Below are positions 18,132 to 28,103 of a DNA stretch of 64,000 nt, piece by piece (within the stretch, counting starts at the first letter, position 1; each line of letters starts with the position of its first letter). The stretch is taken from positions 441,085 to 505,084 of the forward strand of contig JAJACK010000001.1 of assembly GCA_022601535.1 (NCBI GenBank), read 5' to 3'. The position numbers and the translations under genes are program-made. The notes under the pieces were generated by a model that worked only from the letters and a program-made list of their open reading frames with translations, was not told the origin of the DNA and did no database searches. Source of the stretch: Chlamydiales bacterium (GTDB lineage Bacteria; Chlamydiota; Chlamydiia; Chlamydiales; JAAKFR01).

Positions 18132-19794
18132 GGAGATCTAAGAACGCTCGTAATTGCTTTGAACGGATAGGGTGGCGCATTTTACGTAGAGCCTTTGCTT
18201 CGATCTGACGGATACGCTCTCGTGTTACATTGAATGCAACACCAACTTCTTCAAGTGTTTTGGGCTTTCCATCTAGTAAACCAAAGCGTTGAATCAGCAC
18301 AACACGCTCCCTCTCTGTCAAGGTGGTTAAAACCTCGTTCATCTTATCTTTCAAGATGGAATAGCCGGTCGCCTCTGCGGGAGACTCAACACCGGTATCT
18401 TCGAGGAAATCACCAAATTGACTCTCTCCCCCTTCACCCACTTCAGCCTGTAAAGAGATGGGGTGTTGAGCAATCTTGTAAATCTCTCGTACCCGATCAG
18501 CTGTAAGGCCAAGCTCAACAGCAAGCTCTTCAGGAGTGGGCTCTCTTCCTGTCTCCATCATCAATTTTTTGGCACCGCGGAGCACTTTATTGATTGTCTC
18601 GATCATGTGAACGGGAATACGGATTGTGCGCGCTTGATCGGCAATTGCACGTGTCACAGCTTGTCGAATCCACCACGTTGCATAGGTTGAAAATTTATAA
18701 CCACGACGGTACTCAAACTTCTCAACCGCTTTCATCAGCCCCATATTTCCTTCTTGGATCAAATCTAGGAAAGAGAGTCCTCGGTTGGTGTATTTTTTTG
18801 CGATGGAGATCACAAGGCGAAGATTGGATTCAACCATTTCCCGCTTTGCTTCTTGCCCCTTGTCCATCCACCGTTGCAACATCCGAACATCTTTTTTGAA
18901 TTCGTCTAAAGTTCGTCCAGCTGCAATTTCACGCCGTTGCAACCGTCTTTGAGCTGACCGAAGCTTTGCTCCAGCAAATTTATTCCGTTCTGCTCGCAGT
19001 GCAAGCTCTGCAATTTCTTTTTCTAATTCGAGGAAACGATCATAGGCGCGAAAAACAACTTCGGCAAAATCATCAATAATATTGGGGCGGGAGTGAAAAC
19101 GACCTAAATAGGCTTGCATCCGAATGCGACACTTTTCAAGTTCGTCACTCAATTTTGCTTTTGCATCTTTTTTGATCTTCGGATTACGAATGTCGATGAG
19201 CAGCTCTTTCAAAACCTCGTCTTCTTGCTTGAGAAGATCAGAAAGTTTTGGCAATAGCTTCAAATAGGCGCTTTTATTCTCTACCTCTTTTTCAGCAATC
19301 ACCTTGTCAAATCGTTCTTTTGAAGCGGTGAGTGCTGCGATAATGGAGATCACTTCCCGGTTTGAGTAGCGAAAGCGCATGATAATTCGCTCGATTTGCG
19401 CTTGAGCCTTCTCTATCCGCTTGGAAATTTCAACTTCTTCTTCCCGGGTTAAAAGAGGGACCGACCCCATCTCTTTGAGGTACATTCGAACAGGATCATC
19501 GGGGGTTCCTTCCGCTTTTCTTGCGATTCCCTCGAGCTCTTTTGCTTCTTTTTTCCGCTCCTTTTGACGCTCAACATCAGCTTGATTGAGCACTTGGATA
19601 TCCATCCCTGAGAGGAAGATCAAGACATGATCAATCTCCTCGGGGTTGTCAAAATTCATCGGAAGAATTTCATTGATCTCCTCATAGGTGATAAACCCCT
19701 GCTCTTTGGCAAGAGAGACCAATGATTCCAATTTTACTTGGTAATCTTCGTTTGAATCGGCACCGTCTGTAGATTCTGTATTTGTTTTTTTCAT
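18118..19794 (-). CDS. rpoD: Primary RNA polymerase sigma factor RpoD
   Basis: 558 aa. Region 2 reads [36 protein letters not shown]. Regions 3 and 4 include [30 protein letters not shown]. Confidence 0.97.
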
Positions 19795-19839
19795 GAAAAA
19801 TTAAGAACTCTTGGGCTACTATACCGATCTTGTTAGTTT

Positions 19840-20511
19840 ATGCAAACACTTGCTTGTAATTCGAAGGGAAAAATCGTTCGAGCCGACCATGCCCTTCGAG
19901 GAGAAACCTACACCTGTTTTGAGTGCCAGCGCCCCTTGCTTCTTCGTGCTGGGAGAAGGCGTCGTCCTCATTTTTACCACAAAAAAGCTGCTCCATGCCG
20001 CTTTCGCATGCGCTCTACCTTTCATCTAAGAATCCAAAATTTTCTTCAAGAACAACTTGTCTCTGAGAAAACTTTTCTTGAACACCCCTTCCCTTCAGTC
20101 AGGCGGATTGCCGACTTTGTATGGCCGGCAAAACGGTGGATTTTTGAAGTGCAATGCTCTCCAATCTCTGACTACGAAGTCCAAAAGAGAATGGAAGATT
20201 ACCAAAAGATGGGATATCAAGTCATCTGGATTCTCTACGATCGGCAATTTAAAAAGTTCCATATAAGTGAAGCGGAGCTCTTTTTACAAGGACACCCCTA
20301 TTTTTTCATCTCTCCAGATCTTTTTCTCTATGAGCAACGGTTTAAAATCTCTTCTTTTAAGCGAGTAGCACACTCCAATCGGCACCCTATTTCTCTAAAA
20401 ACACTTGATTTAACCTCTCAAAAGAAATGGATCTTTTCCCCCACGACACAAAAAAAAGAGTCGCGCCCCTTTTTTCCTCTTCTCCGCTGGCTTGAAAAGT
20501 TTTGCAAATAG
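19840..20511 (+). CDS. CoiA-like competence-family protein (putative nuclease)
   Basis: 223 aa. The N-terminal Cys/His knuckle is YTCFECQRPLLLRAGRRRRPHFYHKKAAPC...STFH. The core RIADFVWPAKRWIFEVQCSPIS...YQKMGYQVIWIL matches the CoiA family pattern as recalled. Confidence 0.7.
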   Translation: MQTLACNSKGKIVRADHALRGETYTCFECQRPLLLRAGRRRRPHFYHKKAAPCRFRMRSTFHLRIQNFLQEQLVSEKTFLEHPFPSVRRIADFVWPAKRWIFEVQCSPISDYEVQKRMEDYQKMGYQVIWILYDRQFKKFHISEAELFLQGHPYFFISPDLFLYEQRFKISSFKRVAHSNRHPISLKTLDLTSQKKWIFSPTTQKKESRPFFPLLRWLEKFCK

Positions 20512-20523
20512 GGGAGTTAGAAA

Positions 20524-21711
20524 TTAACCAAGCATGATACCGATAATGTAATTTGCAAAGGGCCCCTTTGTAATCACTCCCATGTTGCAGTCAAGAGGCC
20601 TCTCCCCTCCTCCTTTGACCTGGGAAATCAATCGAATCTTTTTCACCCGCTGATCCGCAAGCTCAGAAATTGCGCATTGCCACTGTGAAGCATCGATCTC
20701 TACAATTGAGTGAAAATCCTTCATGAATTTCTCGCTGCTCCACCCCAAAAGGGTTTTAACCATCTTGTTTGCAAATAAAAACTTATTCTCAAACTGGGAA
20801 TAGACAAATAAAATCCCTCCCGTCTCTTCGCACAGTCGGTCAAATAGAGGGCGGAGATCGATCGCATACTGGTTTGCTGAACTATCTAGAAAACGACCGC
20901 CTAGATGATCTGCTCCTGTAAACTCCTCAGCCATATCTAAATAACGGCTCAGCTGCATCGCATGGTCGTACACCTTCTTGCCACTTGTTGGAACCGGTTC
21001 CTCTTCTTTTGCTATAGGAATCTGCTCCAACAGAGGATCTTCAATCTGAAGAAGACTCCGGATCTCATACATGAGATCACGCACTTTCCCCTCGAGTTTT
21101 GTGATGTAAAGCTGCTTTTTCTCAATAATCGCACGCTGCTCTGTGATCGTGTGTTGATAATCTGCGAGGAGAGAATCTTTGTGCTTTAACTGCCCAACAA
21201 CTTCCCCTTTATACCGCCCATACTCTTCTTCAAGACGGGTGTATTCTTGCCTTAAATCTTCAAATTCAAGGTAAGCAAGGCGCATCTCTTCGAGCTTGTT
21301 ATCCATTTCTAAGTTGAGCTCATTCACCTGCTCTTTACTCTTTTCAACAGAAGAGTGGAGAAGATCGATTTGGTACTCATAGGAAAGGCGCGCTTTATGA
21401 AACTCTTTTTTATACCCTTCAAGTTGGTCTGATGGGAGAACATTGAGCTGATCACACCTCTCTTCTGCAAGCCTTTGAACTGCTCGCTTCATCCGCTTTT
21501 CCCACTGCTGAAGAAGGGTCCATCCGACCACTCCTCCTAAAACTCCAGATAAAAGAGCACTTAAGAAGACCGTCTGGCCATCAACTTGACGCACTCCAAA
21601 AAAAGCGGTCACAAAAATAGGGAAGGCAAAACATGAAATCAGCAACAAATAAAAACGTTGATAATTGAGGTGAAAGGGGATTTTTTTCTTTGAGAGGCTC
21701 TTTTCCATCAC
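20524..21711 (-). CDS. Membrane-anchored coiled-coil protein with PAS-like C-terminal domain (hypothetical)
   Basis: 395 aa with two N-terminal TM helices (FYLLLISCFAFPIFVTAFFGV and VFLSALLSGVLGGVVGWTLL). A long heptad-rich region follows. The C-terminal stretch GGILFVYSQFENKFLFANKMVKTLLGWSSEKFMKDF resembles a PAS core. Confidence 0.5.
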   Translation of the reverse strand: MMEKSLSKKKIPFHLNYQRFYLLLISCFAFPIFVTAFFGVRQVDGQTVFLSALLSGVLGGVVGWTLLQQWEKRMKRAVQRLAEERCDQLNVLPSDQLEGYKKEFHKARLSYEYQIDLLHSSVEKSKEQVNELNLEMDNKLEEMRLAYLEFEDLRQEYTRLEEEYGRYKGEVVGQLKHKDSLLADYQHTITEQRAIIEKKQLYITKLEGKVRDLMYEIRSLLQIEDPLLEQIPIAKEEEPVPTSGKKVYDHAMQLSRYLDMAEEFTGADHLGGRFLDSSANQYAIDLRPLFDRLCEETGGILFVYSQFENKFLFANKMVKTLLGWSSEKFMKDFHSIVEIDASQWQCAISELADQRVKKIRLISQVKGGGERPLDCNMGVITKGPFANYIIGIMLG

Positions 21712-21732
21712 TTAGGCTCTATAACATATAGA

Positions 21733-22587
21733 TTATAGAATCGAAATAAGAATTTTAATTCGACTCACACTCAATCGACATCTCCGCGAATTTTTCGCAG
21801 AAAGAGGTTCGATACAAACAAAAGAGGAGCCAGATGGATGCCAAAGTTGCCATGAATTTTCATCATTGTCTGACCAATACCTCACCCTAAGTTTATGAGA
21901 CCCGGTTTCAAGTACGACATCCCCCTCAAAACTATTTGGAGAGGGAAGAAAACCAAAGTCTGTTTCTTGGTTGAGCTCATAGATCAATTGTTGATCTTGA
22001 TAGTTCCACGTGGAAGGAATCGGTTTAAATTCACCTCCATCATTGTATTCTTTTTGCACATTTGCAGTCACCCTCCCCCTGCCTCCTGCCAAAGCATAGT
22101 AGGTGTGAAGCCCCACAATCGATTCTGTATCACTTACAACCGATAGATCGATATGGAGCCCTTCATCGCTTAAATGCGCATCATATGCTATCTTAAAATC
22201 TTGCCCCTCGAGATCCTTTAAGGCAAACCCTTGCCATTTGTGACTCCCCTTGAGAAGAGCCGAAAGAGAGGAACCATCTGATTTTTCAACATCCCAAGGA
22301 GCGTAACGGCCAATTCCATGAGAAAAAGGATCTTCCGCATGCTTTGCATAAGGAAATAATTTCTCATCGAGCTTTAGAGAGGGGATCACTTTCCGGTGGT
22401 AGAAATGAGGACCAATCATCGCTCCAAGCCCTGCAAATCTCTCATCAAAAAGCCCTTGGGTCGATTGATCGATCGCTTCAATGTCTCCCTTTTTGAAGCT
22501 GACAAAATTCATCCCTTTTTCAGGGAGAAAACGAACCTTATACTCTTTATGGATGAGATCGACTGGCATCTTTTCTCCCTCCAACAA
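21733..22587 (-). CDS. Aldose-1-epimerase-fold-like protein (tentative)
   Basis: 284 aa. GMNFVSF..., GPHFYHR... and FSHGIGRYAPWDV resemble mutarotase-family blocks. This is not verified by search. Confidence 0.4.
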   Translation of the reverse strand: MLEGEKMPVDLIHKEYKVRFLPEKGMNFVSFKKGDIEAIDQSTQGLFDERFAGLGAMIGPHFYHRKVIPSLKLDEKLFPYAKHAEDPFSHGIGRYAPWDVEKSDGSSLSALLKGSHKWQGFALKDLEGQDFKIAYDAHLSDEGLHIDLSVVSDTESIVGLHTYYALAGGRGRVTANVQKEYNDGGEFKPIPSTWNYQDQQLIYELNQETDFGFLPSPNSFEGDVVLETGSHKLRVRYWSDNDENSWQLWHPSGSSFVCIEPLSAKNSRRCRLSVSRIKILISIL

Positions 22588-23008
22588 AAATTCCCAAGCC
22601 TAAAAAGTAGAGGAAGAGTCCAAAGAGAATGACGGCTGTTGTCACCCGCTTGGTGGGAAACTGTTTATTCAATGTGGAGTTAAAAGGGTGCTCTTCATCG
22701 TACCAAACCTGCCACGTCCGCCCTTCAAATTTTTGTAACCCTTTTTCTGCCGACCATGGATTCTTATAGAGGGGTCCGACAACTCCAACACCTTGCTGAA
22801 GGCCCTCTTTGGATTCAAAAAAATAATTGGCAATCAACTGATACCGATCTCCTTTCCCTTCCACAATTTCCATTTTCTCAACCGAAGCCATGGCGTGAGT
22901 ATTTAATTTCGTGTAGTTTGAAACAGCGATATAAGCCCTGGCTCCAAACCAAATGGTGGTTCCGACAAGCAAGAGAAGAAACCCCAGAAAAATCCCATTC
23001 CGATGCAT
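22547..23008 (-). CDS. Small membrane protein (TM - beta-rich domain - TM; DUF3592-like layout)
   Basis: 153 aa with an N-terminal TM helix (IFLGFLLLLVGTTIWFGA) and a C-terminal TM helix (AVILFGLFLYFLGLGIFV). Coding is supported by length and operon context. Confidence 0.5.
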   Translation of the reverse strand: MHRNGIFLGFLLLLVGTTIWFGARAYIAVSNYTKLNTHAMASVEKMEIVEGKGDRYQLIANYFFESKEGLQQGVGVVGPLYKNPWSAEKGLQKFEGRTWQVWYDEEHPFNSTLNKQFPTKRVTTAVILFGLFLYFLGLGIFVGGRKDASRSHP

Positions 23009-23085
23009 ACTCTCCTTTATATCAAACTCTCCTCTTTACGAATATCTCTATTTACCGTATGATTGCCTCCAAAAAAGGACCCCCT

Positions 23086-23376
23086 ATGGCAGAAGAGAAA
23101 AAGACTGAGAAGAAAAAACGACCAACAGCACTCAAGCGTGACATCACAAATGAGAAAAAACGGTTGGTGAACAAAGCTTTCAAATCAAAAGTTCACACAG
23201 CGATGCGTAATTTCCAAGAATCTCTTAAGGAAAATGATCCAGATGCAGTCCAAACCAACCTCTCAGCTGTCTATAGCTTGATGGATAAAGGTGTAAAGCG
23301 AGGCATTTTCAAGAAGAATAAAGCAAGCCGGACAAAATTACGCTCGACGAAACAGGTTTCTACCTCTTCTTCATAA
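23086..23376 (+). CDS. rpsT: 30S ribosomal protein S20
   Basis: The C-terminal 96 codons of track ORF 22756..23376 read MAEEKKTEKKKRPTALKRDITNEKKRLVNKAFKSKVHTAMRNF...VYSLMDKGVKRGIFKKNKASRTKLR, the S20 pattern. The upstream part of the ORF is antisense to a real gene. Confidence 0.9.
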   Translation: MAEEKKTEKKKRPTALKRDITNEKKRLVNKAFKSKVHTAMRNFQESLKENDPDAVQTNLSAVYSLMDKGVKRGIFKKNKASRTKLRSTKQVSTSSS

Positions 23377-23440
23377 AGATTATTTTATTACCCTTTTAGT
23401 CTTCAATAGTTTATAATCGATCCCTTAACAGAGGATTTAT

Positions 23441-24163
23441 ATGAGCGCTGCAGCCCTTTCTCCATCTTACTTAGATCGATTTAGAAATTTTTTAGCTTTT
23501 GTGGGCGACGGAGCCGAAATGGTCGACCGTGGTGCTCAAGCAACTGAAGGAGCGATGAATATCGCCCGAAACGCTCTCCACCTTCGAGGAAAAACCAATG
23601 AAGGGCTAGATAATGTTTCTTCTGATCTTACCCATGCCCATAGCGCTTTTAGCGCCTTTCGCCTCCCTATCAACCTTGGGAATTTATTCACAGGAGCCAC
23701 CTTTTATGAAAAAAATGACGATGGTTCTCTTGGGAAGCGGAAAAGTTTAGCAGGCATTGCAATTGATGTTGCAATCTTAGCTGCTCGGGTGCTTGGGACA
23801 ACACTTTGGATCCATGCAAAGGGAGCATACAACCTTACAAAAGAAACTGCGAAACGATTAGGACACGCTGTTACAGCCGCTTGGGGAGTTGTTACAACGC
23901 TTGGTCTCTACCTTGCTGTTAAAGACCTCTATGAAACACCCGTCGACGATGCTGCTGCTAAGCAAAAAAAATACTCCTCAAGAACTCAATATATCAAAGA
24001 AAAAGTGATGAATGTTGTCCGCACGGCATTTGATTTCATCACTTTGATCTTCGATGCATTAAAGACAGTACATCCCGCTTGTGGAATTGCAAGTGGAGTG
24101 CTCAATCTTGGATCAGGTCTCTCTTGGATCGCATTTGAATGCGCTTGGCATCGACCAGTGTGA
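23441..24163 (+). CDS. Hypothetical protein with paired hydrophobic segments (Inc-like topology)
   Basis: 240 aa. Two hydrophobic stretches, LAGIAIDVAILAARVLGTTLWI and AVTAAWGVVTTLGLYLAV, are separated by about 20 residues. There is no signal peptide and no recognisable enzyme motif. Confidence 0.5.
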   Translation: MSAAALSPSYLDRFRNFLAFVGDGAEMVDRGAQATEGAMNIARNALHLRGKTNEGLDNVSSDLTHAHSAFSAFRLPINLGNLFTGATFYEKNDDGSLGKRKSLAGIAIDVAILAARVLGTTLWIHAKGAYNLTKETAKRLGHAVTAAWGVVTTLGLYLAVKDLYETPVDDAAAKQKKYSSRTQYIKEKVMNVVRTAFDFITLIFDALKTVHPACGIASGVLNLGSGLSWIAFECAWHRPV

Positions 24164-25441
24164 CAAACGCTTCGTTTGAGTGGATAAAATCTTTTCAACA
24201 ACTCCTTCTGCTGCAAAAATTGTCACGTGTTTTTTAGCACGTGTCACAGCCGTGTAGAGCATCTCACGTCCAAAACGTTCACTCCCTTGAGGTAATAAAA
24301 GAACCACATTATCATATTCACTCCCTTGACTTTTGTGAACAGAAAGGGCATAGGCATATGTGAAAGGGGGGAGCAAATGGCGTGCAACTTTCCGCTTCCC
24401 AAAGTGGGCACTCTCCCCTTCTAGATATCCCACATCCCCATTGTAAAGATCGATCTGTCGATCATTACACATCACCATAATCGGCACTCTCGCTTCACCC
24501 CGATAGGCAGATTGGTTGAGAGAATCACTCCCATAAAGTCCTTTTCGAAGAGGAGTTAAAACTGCACTCTCCCTTTTCCGCACCATTTCGATCACCTCAT
24601 CAAAAGGGGGCAGTGGTTGATAGGGGATTTCCTTACCACATTTGACTGCTTCTGCAAGGTCAATAATCTCTTGTAGCTCAGCTCGCAAACACTGAGTGAG
24701 TTCAATACACCCTTTTTCTGCTAAATCGGCAAAAAGTGACCCTGCCTCTACAGGAGGGAGTTGATTTGGGTCTCCAAATAGCACCAATCGGTGGGGAATT
24801 GCTGCAAAAAGTTTTGCCATCCTCTCCGCATCGATCATTGACCCTTCATCAATGACAACAAGTTCAGCCTCTATTTTCTCACGTAAAAGGGCGTGCACCG
24901 TTTTCACATTACAGTTGGGAAGAGCAGCGCGTAAATTCGCTGCTGCTTTTCCTGTTGGAGCTGCAACGACAACACTGCCTGGAAAATGTTGAATTAAAGA
25001 CGCTGCAGTGAATGTCTTTCCCGTCCCAGGGCCACCACAAACTAGAGTCAAAGCATGGGAGAGTGCATGAGAAACGGCTGCTTGCTGTTCCTCATTGAGC
25101 TCCTCTTGTTTCTCAAAAGGAATTGGCTCTACTTTTTTTCCAAAAAGCCGTTTCACATGTGTGTGAAAAAGCTCCTCTGCATCAAAACTTCGCTTCAAAT
25201 ACCATCGATTTCCACGCCTCACAACAATTGGAAGCTCAGGCAGTGTTTTTGCTTGTTCAATCAGCTCCACATCGAGTTCTCCCCAAGAGGGGAAAAGTTG
25301 ATCTTCTTTGATATAAGCACACAAGTGACCTGCACGTGTGATGTTGAGGAGGTAACCTAAAAAAAGAGCGTGCCGAGGAGAGAAATACTCCCCAAAATAC
25401 CGATCAACCGGCTCGATTTGATTAGACAATGAAAAGGCCAT
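24113..25441 (-). CDS. recD: Exodeoxyribonuclease V alpha subunit (RecD-type helicase)
   Basis: 442 aa. Motif I is VCGGPGTGKTF and motif II is VVIDEGSMID. The C-terminal block reads YALSVHKSQGSEYDNVVLLL...LYTAVTRAKKHV. Confidence 0.88.
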   Translation of the reverse strand: MAFSLSNQIEPVDRYFGEYFSPRHALFLGYLLNITRAGHLCAYIKEDQLFPSWGELDVELIEQAKTLPELPIVVRRGNRWYLKRSFDAEELFHTHVKRLFGKKVEPIPFEKQEELNEEQQAAVSHALSHALTLVCGGPGTGKTFTAASLIQHFPGSVVVAAPTGKAAANLRAALPNCNVKTVHALLREKIEAELVVIDEGSMIDAERMAKLFAAIPHRLVLFGDPNQLPPVEAGSLFADLAEKGCIELTQCLRAELQEIIDLAEAVKCGKEIPYQPLPPFDEVIEMVRKRESAVLTPLRKGLYGSDSLNQSAYRGEARVPIMVMCNDRQIDLYNGDVGYLEGESAHFGKRKVARHLLPPFTYAYALSVHKSQGSEYDNVVLLLPQGSERFGREMLYTAVTRAKKHVTIFAAEGVVEKILSTQTKRLSHWSMPSAFKCDPRET

Positions 25442-28103
25442 TTTCCTCCCTTAGGAATAGATAGAAGATGCCACCTATCTCCTTTGGAGGAAAGAGGCGT
25501 GTGAATTTTTGAACCGCGTTTTTATAAATCTCTGCCTGAAGAAAATAGTGGTGCCGCTCCATTTCCTTTTCTAAAGTATCGGTAATCACATTCGATTTCC
25601 AGTCGATGATATAGTAACGGTCATGATGCTCGAAAAAGAGATCGATAAACCCCTTCATGTACCCCTCATCTGTTGGATAGAGAAATTCGAGCTCAGGGAG
25701 CATTTTTTGAGGATCAACATCTGAGAGAGAGAAAGAACCGGGGAAAACCATTTTCGAAACCCGGTTGCACATTTCCACAACCCAACCTGTATACTCCTCT
25801 AAAAGAGTATTTTTTAAAATTCTTTGGATACGCTTTGAGTCCACTTTCTGAAAGGAGATCACCTCAAGTACTTTGTGGAGAAGGGTTCCAACTTCTGGAC
25901 CGGCTGGAAGATCTGTAGGGAGTTCTTTTTTCTCTCCTGGTTCGTAGGTCATTAAAGATGAAAATGATGTAATCGGGCATGAGGGAAAATCAAGCGTAAA
26001 ATAGCGAGGCTCTTTGAGCATTTTTGGAGACGAGAACTCTTTTGCAAACGGCGGATGAGAAGGCTCAGGTAACGTGTGCTCTATCCCTTCTAGAAATTGG
26101 GAGAGAGGGGACCGTTTTTTCTCAATCAGTGGAATGTAAAGCCGTTTTTTTGCCCTTGTAAATCCCACATATATCTGCCTGATTAGTTCTGCATCATTTT
26201 CCGCTTCATGGTGGGGGTCTTGGAAACAGTATGTCTGCTTTTCAAATGAATAGATCAACCCTTTCGTCGCCGTTTGTGGAAGGGCAAGCCCAATGGGGAA
26301 CACAACATCAAACTCTAGCCCCTTACTTCCATAAACCGTCATCACAGAGATCGCCCCTTCTTTTTCAAGTGGGCGTGCTTTTCGCCTCTCCTCATCTGAT
26401 AATTCCAACTCTTGAAGATAGGTGAGATAACCATCTTTTGGGAGCCGTTTTTCGGCAAGCATTTCGACAAGCTGAAGAAGGTCAAGGTAGAGTTCTTCTC
26501 CCCCTTTTTCTATTAAACTTTTCCCTGAAAGGGTGGTGATATGTTTGAAAAAATAGAGAATTCCTCTCTCTTCCAGTAGGGTGTGATACTCCATAAACCG
26601 TTTACTGTCGAGATCACTTAAAGGACCACCGACCACAAGTTGTGCCCCATTTCGATCATAGGGATCTAATGTAGCGGCTAGCAATTCTTTTAAAACCTTA
26701 AAAGCGGTTGGGTGGAGCACCCTTCCTCTGGACAAATGGGTTGGATAAGGACAAAACTGTTGAAAACGGGCTGCTTGAAAACGATCTTTAACCAAAACAG
26801 CTGTTGTAAGGTTGAGATCGATCTGCTCCACCACTTTTTTAAATAGCTCTGTTTCATCTTTTGCTTTTAAAAGAAAGACCGGAGGGAGCAGTTCTTCTTT
26901 CTCCATCCCCGCTTCTACCGGCGTATAAACCAAAGTCTCAGAAGTGCGTGGGAGTGCAAAAGTTGTTTGTGAAAAAAGGTGATTGAGAACACCGAGAAGT
27001 GCCCCTGTTGAGCGGAAATTTTTTTCCAAAACAGAGCAGTTTCCCACCTCTTTTTTTGCCTCCATATACGTGTAGAGATCGGCTTGTCTAAAACGGTAAA
27101 TCGCTTGCTTAGGATCCCCTACAAGATAGAGGGGAACTTCCCCTAAAAACAGCCGTTTAAAAATCTTCCACTGTTTAGGATCCGTATCTTGGAATTCATC
27201 AATCAAAACAGCTTTGTAGTGTCCACGCACTTTTTTAACAAAGGTTTCATTCTCCATATTCTCTTCCATCAAACGGATGAGATCTTCAAAAAAAACGAGC
27301 TCTCTTTGCTCTATCACCTCTTCTATTTTTTTTCGGATCTCTTCTGCTAACCGGGCAAAAAGATAGAGGGGATCTGTCATAGATTTGACACACTCTACCA
27401 ATTGATCGAGCAGACCGGGATAGTGCAAAGTGGGCTCTGCTCCCTTTTTCAGTCGGTTTTTAGGAGTCATAAGGAGAAGCGGTGTATCATACACATCGCC
27501 TGTGATAAACCGTTTAAAACCATCGATGACAGATCGCTTTAGATTTTTCTGTCGATCACACATCTTCCCATAGAGAGGGGCAAGAGCGATCAAATCTTCT
27601 AAAAGGTGATCTGGATTAAACTGTGGAAGGGGAATAGGATCGATACACTCGATAGGGATCCGCTGTTTTCCAATGTAAACAAGATGATCGACAAGAGTAT
27701 CTAAACTGTTTTGATGGCTCCTAAGAATAATCTCGAGCTGTTTTTCATCGAGTGTGTGTGTCCGAAAATAGTCCTTTACCGTTTGCTTTAACACATCATC
27801 GGAGTGATTCTCTTCCATTTGATCAAGAGAAATCCCCGAATCAAAAGCGTGCTCTCGTAGCGTATGGAAGCAGAAACTATGGATTGTAAAAATCTTTTCA
27901 TCATCGAGAGATTCAACCTTTTTTCGAATCCGATTTTTTAATTCAAATGTGGCAGCACGAGTAAATGTGACAACTAAAATCTCATCGAGTTTGAGCCCCT
28001 CTTCCTCAATTAAACGGGCCACAATTGTTTCGATTGTATAGGTTTTACCTGTACCAGCAGACGCTTCGATAAAGTGATCACTCAACAACTCAGAACCACG
28101 CAT
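25422..28103 (-). CDS. recB: Exodeoxyribonuclease V beta subunit (RecB; UvrD-like helicase plus PD-(D/E)XK nuclease)
   Basis: 893 aa with IEASAGTGKTYTI, VLIDEFQDTDP and YVGFTRAKKRLY. The C-terminal nuclease motif is GFIDLFFEHHDRYYIIDWKSN. Confidence 0.9.
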   Translation of the reverse strand: MRGSELLSDHFIEASAGTGKTYTIETIVARLIEEEGLKLDEILVVTFTRAATFELKNRIRKKVESLDDEKIFTIHSFCFHTLREHAFDSGISLDQMEENHSDDVLKQTVKDYFRTHTLDEKQLEIILRSHQNSLDTLVDHLVYIGKQRIPIECIDPIPLPQFNPDHLLEDLIALAPLYGKMCDRQKNLKRSVIDGFKRFITGDVYDTPLLLMTPKNRLKKGAEPTLHYPGLLDQLVECVKSMTDPLYLFARLAEEIRKKIEEVIEQRELVFFEDLIRLMEENMENETFVKKVRGHYKAVLIDEFQDTDPKQWKIFKRLFLGEVPLYLVGDPKQAIYRFRQADLYTYMEAKKEVGNCSVLEKNFRSTGALLGVLNHLFSQTTFALPRTSETLVYTPVEAGMEKEELLPPVFLLKAKDETELFKKVVEQIDLNLTTAVLVKDRFQAARFQQFCPYPTHLSRGRVLHPTAFKVLKELLAATLDPYDRNGAQLVVGGPLSDLDSKRFMEYHTLLEERGILYFFKHITTLSGKSLIEKGGEELYLDLLQLVEMLAEKRLPKDGYLTYLQELELSDEERRKARPLEKEGAISVMTVYGSKGLEFDVVFPIGLALPQTATKGLIYSFEKQTYCFQDPHHEAENDAELIRQIYVGFTRAKKRLYIPLIEKKRSPLSQFLEGIEHTLPEPSHPPFAKEFSSPKMLKEPRYFTLDFPSCPITSFSSLMTYEPGEKKELPTDLPAGPEVGTLLHKVLEVISFQKVDSKRIQRILKNTLLEEYTGWVVEMCNRVSKMVFPGSFSLSDVDPQKMLPELEFLYPTDEGYMKGFIDLFFEHHDRYYIIDWKSNVITDTLEKEMERHHYFLQAEIYKNAVQKFTRLFPPKEIGGIFYLFLREENGLFIV

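Noticed and set aside
22756-23085. The long plus-strand ORF 22756..23376 (206 aa) extends upstream of rpsT.
   Set aside because: Only the last 96 codons resemble ribosomal protein S20. The upstream 110 codons are antisense to the better-supported minus-strand membrane protein gene 22547..23008.
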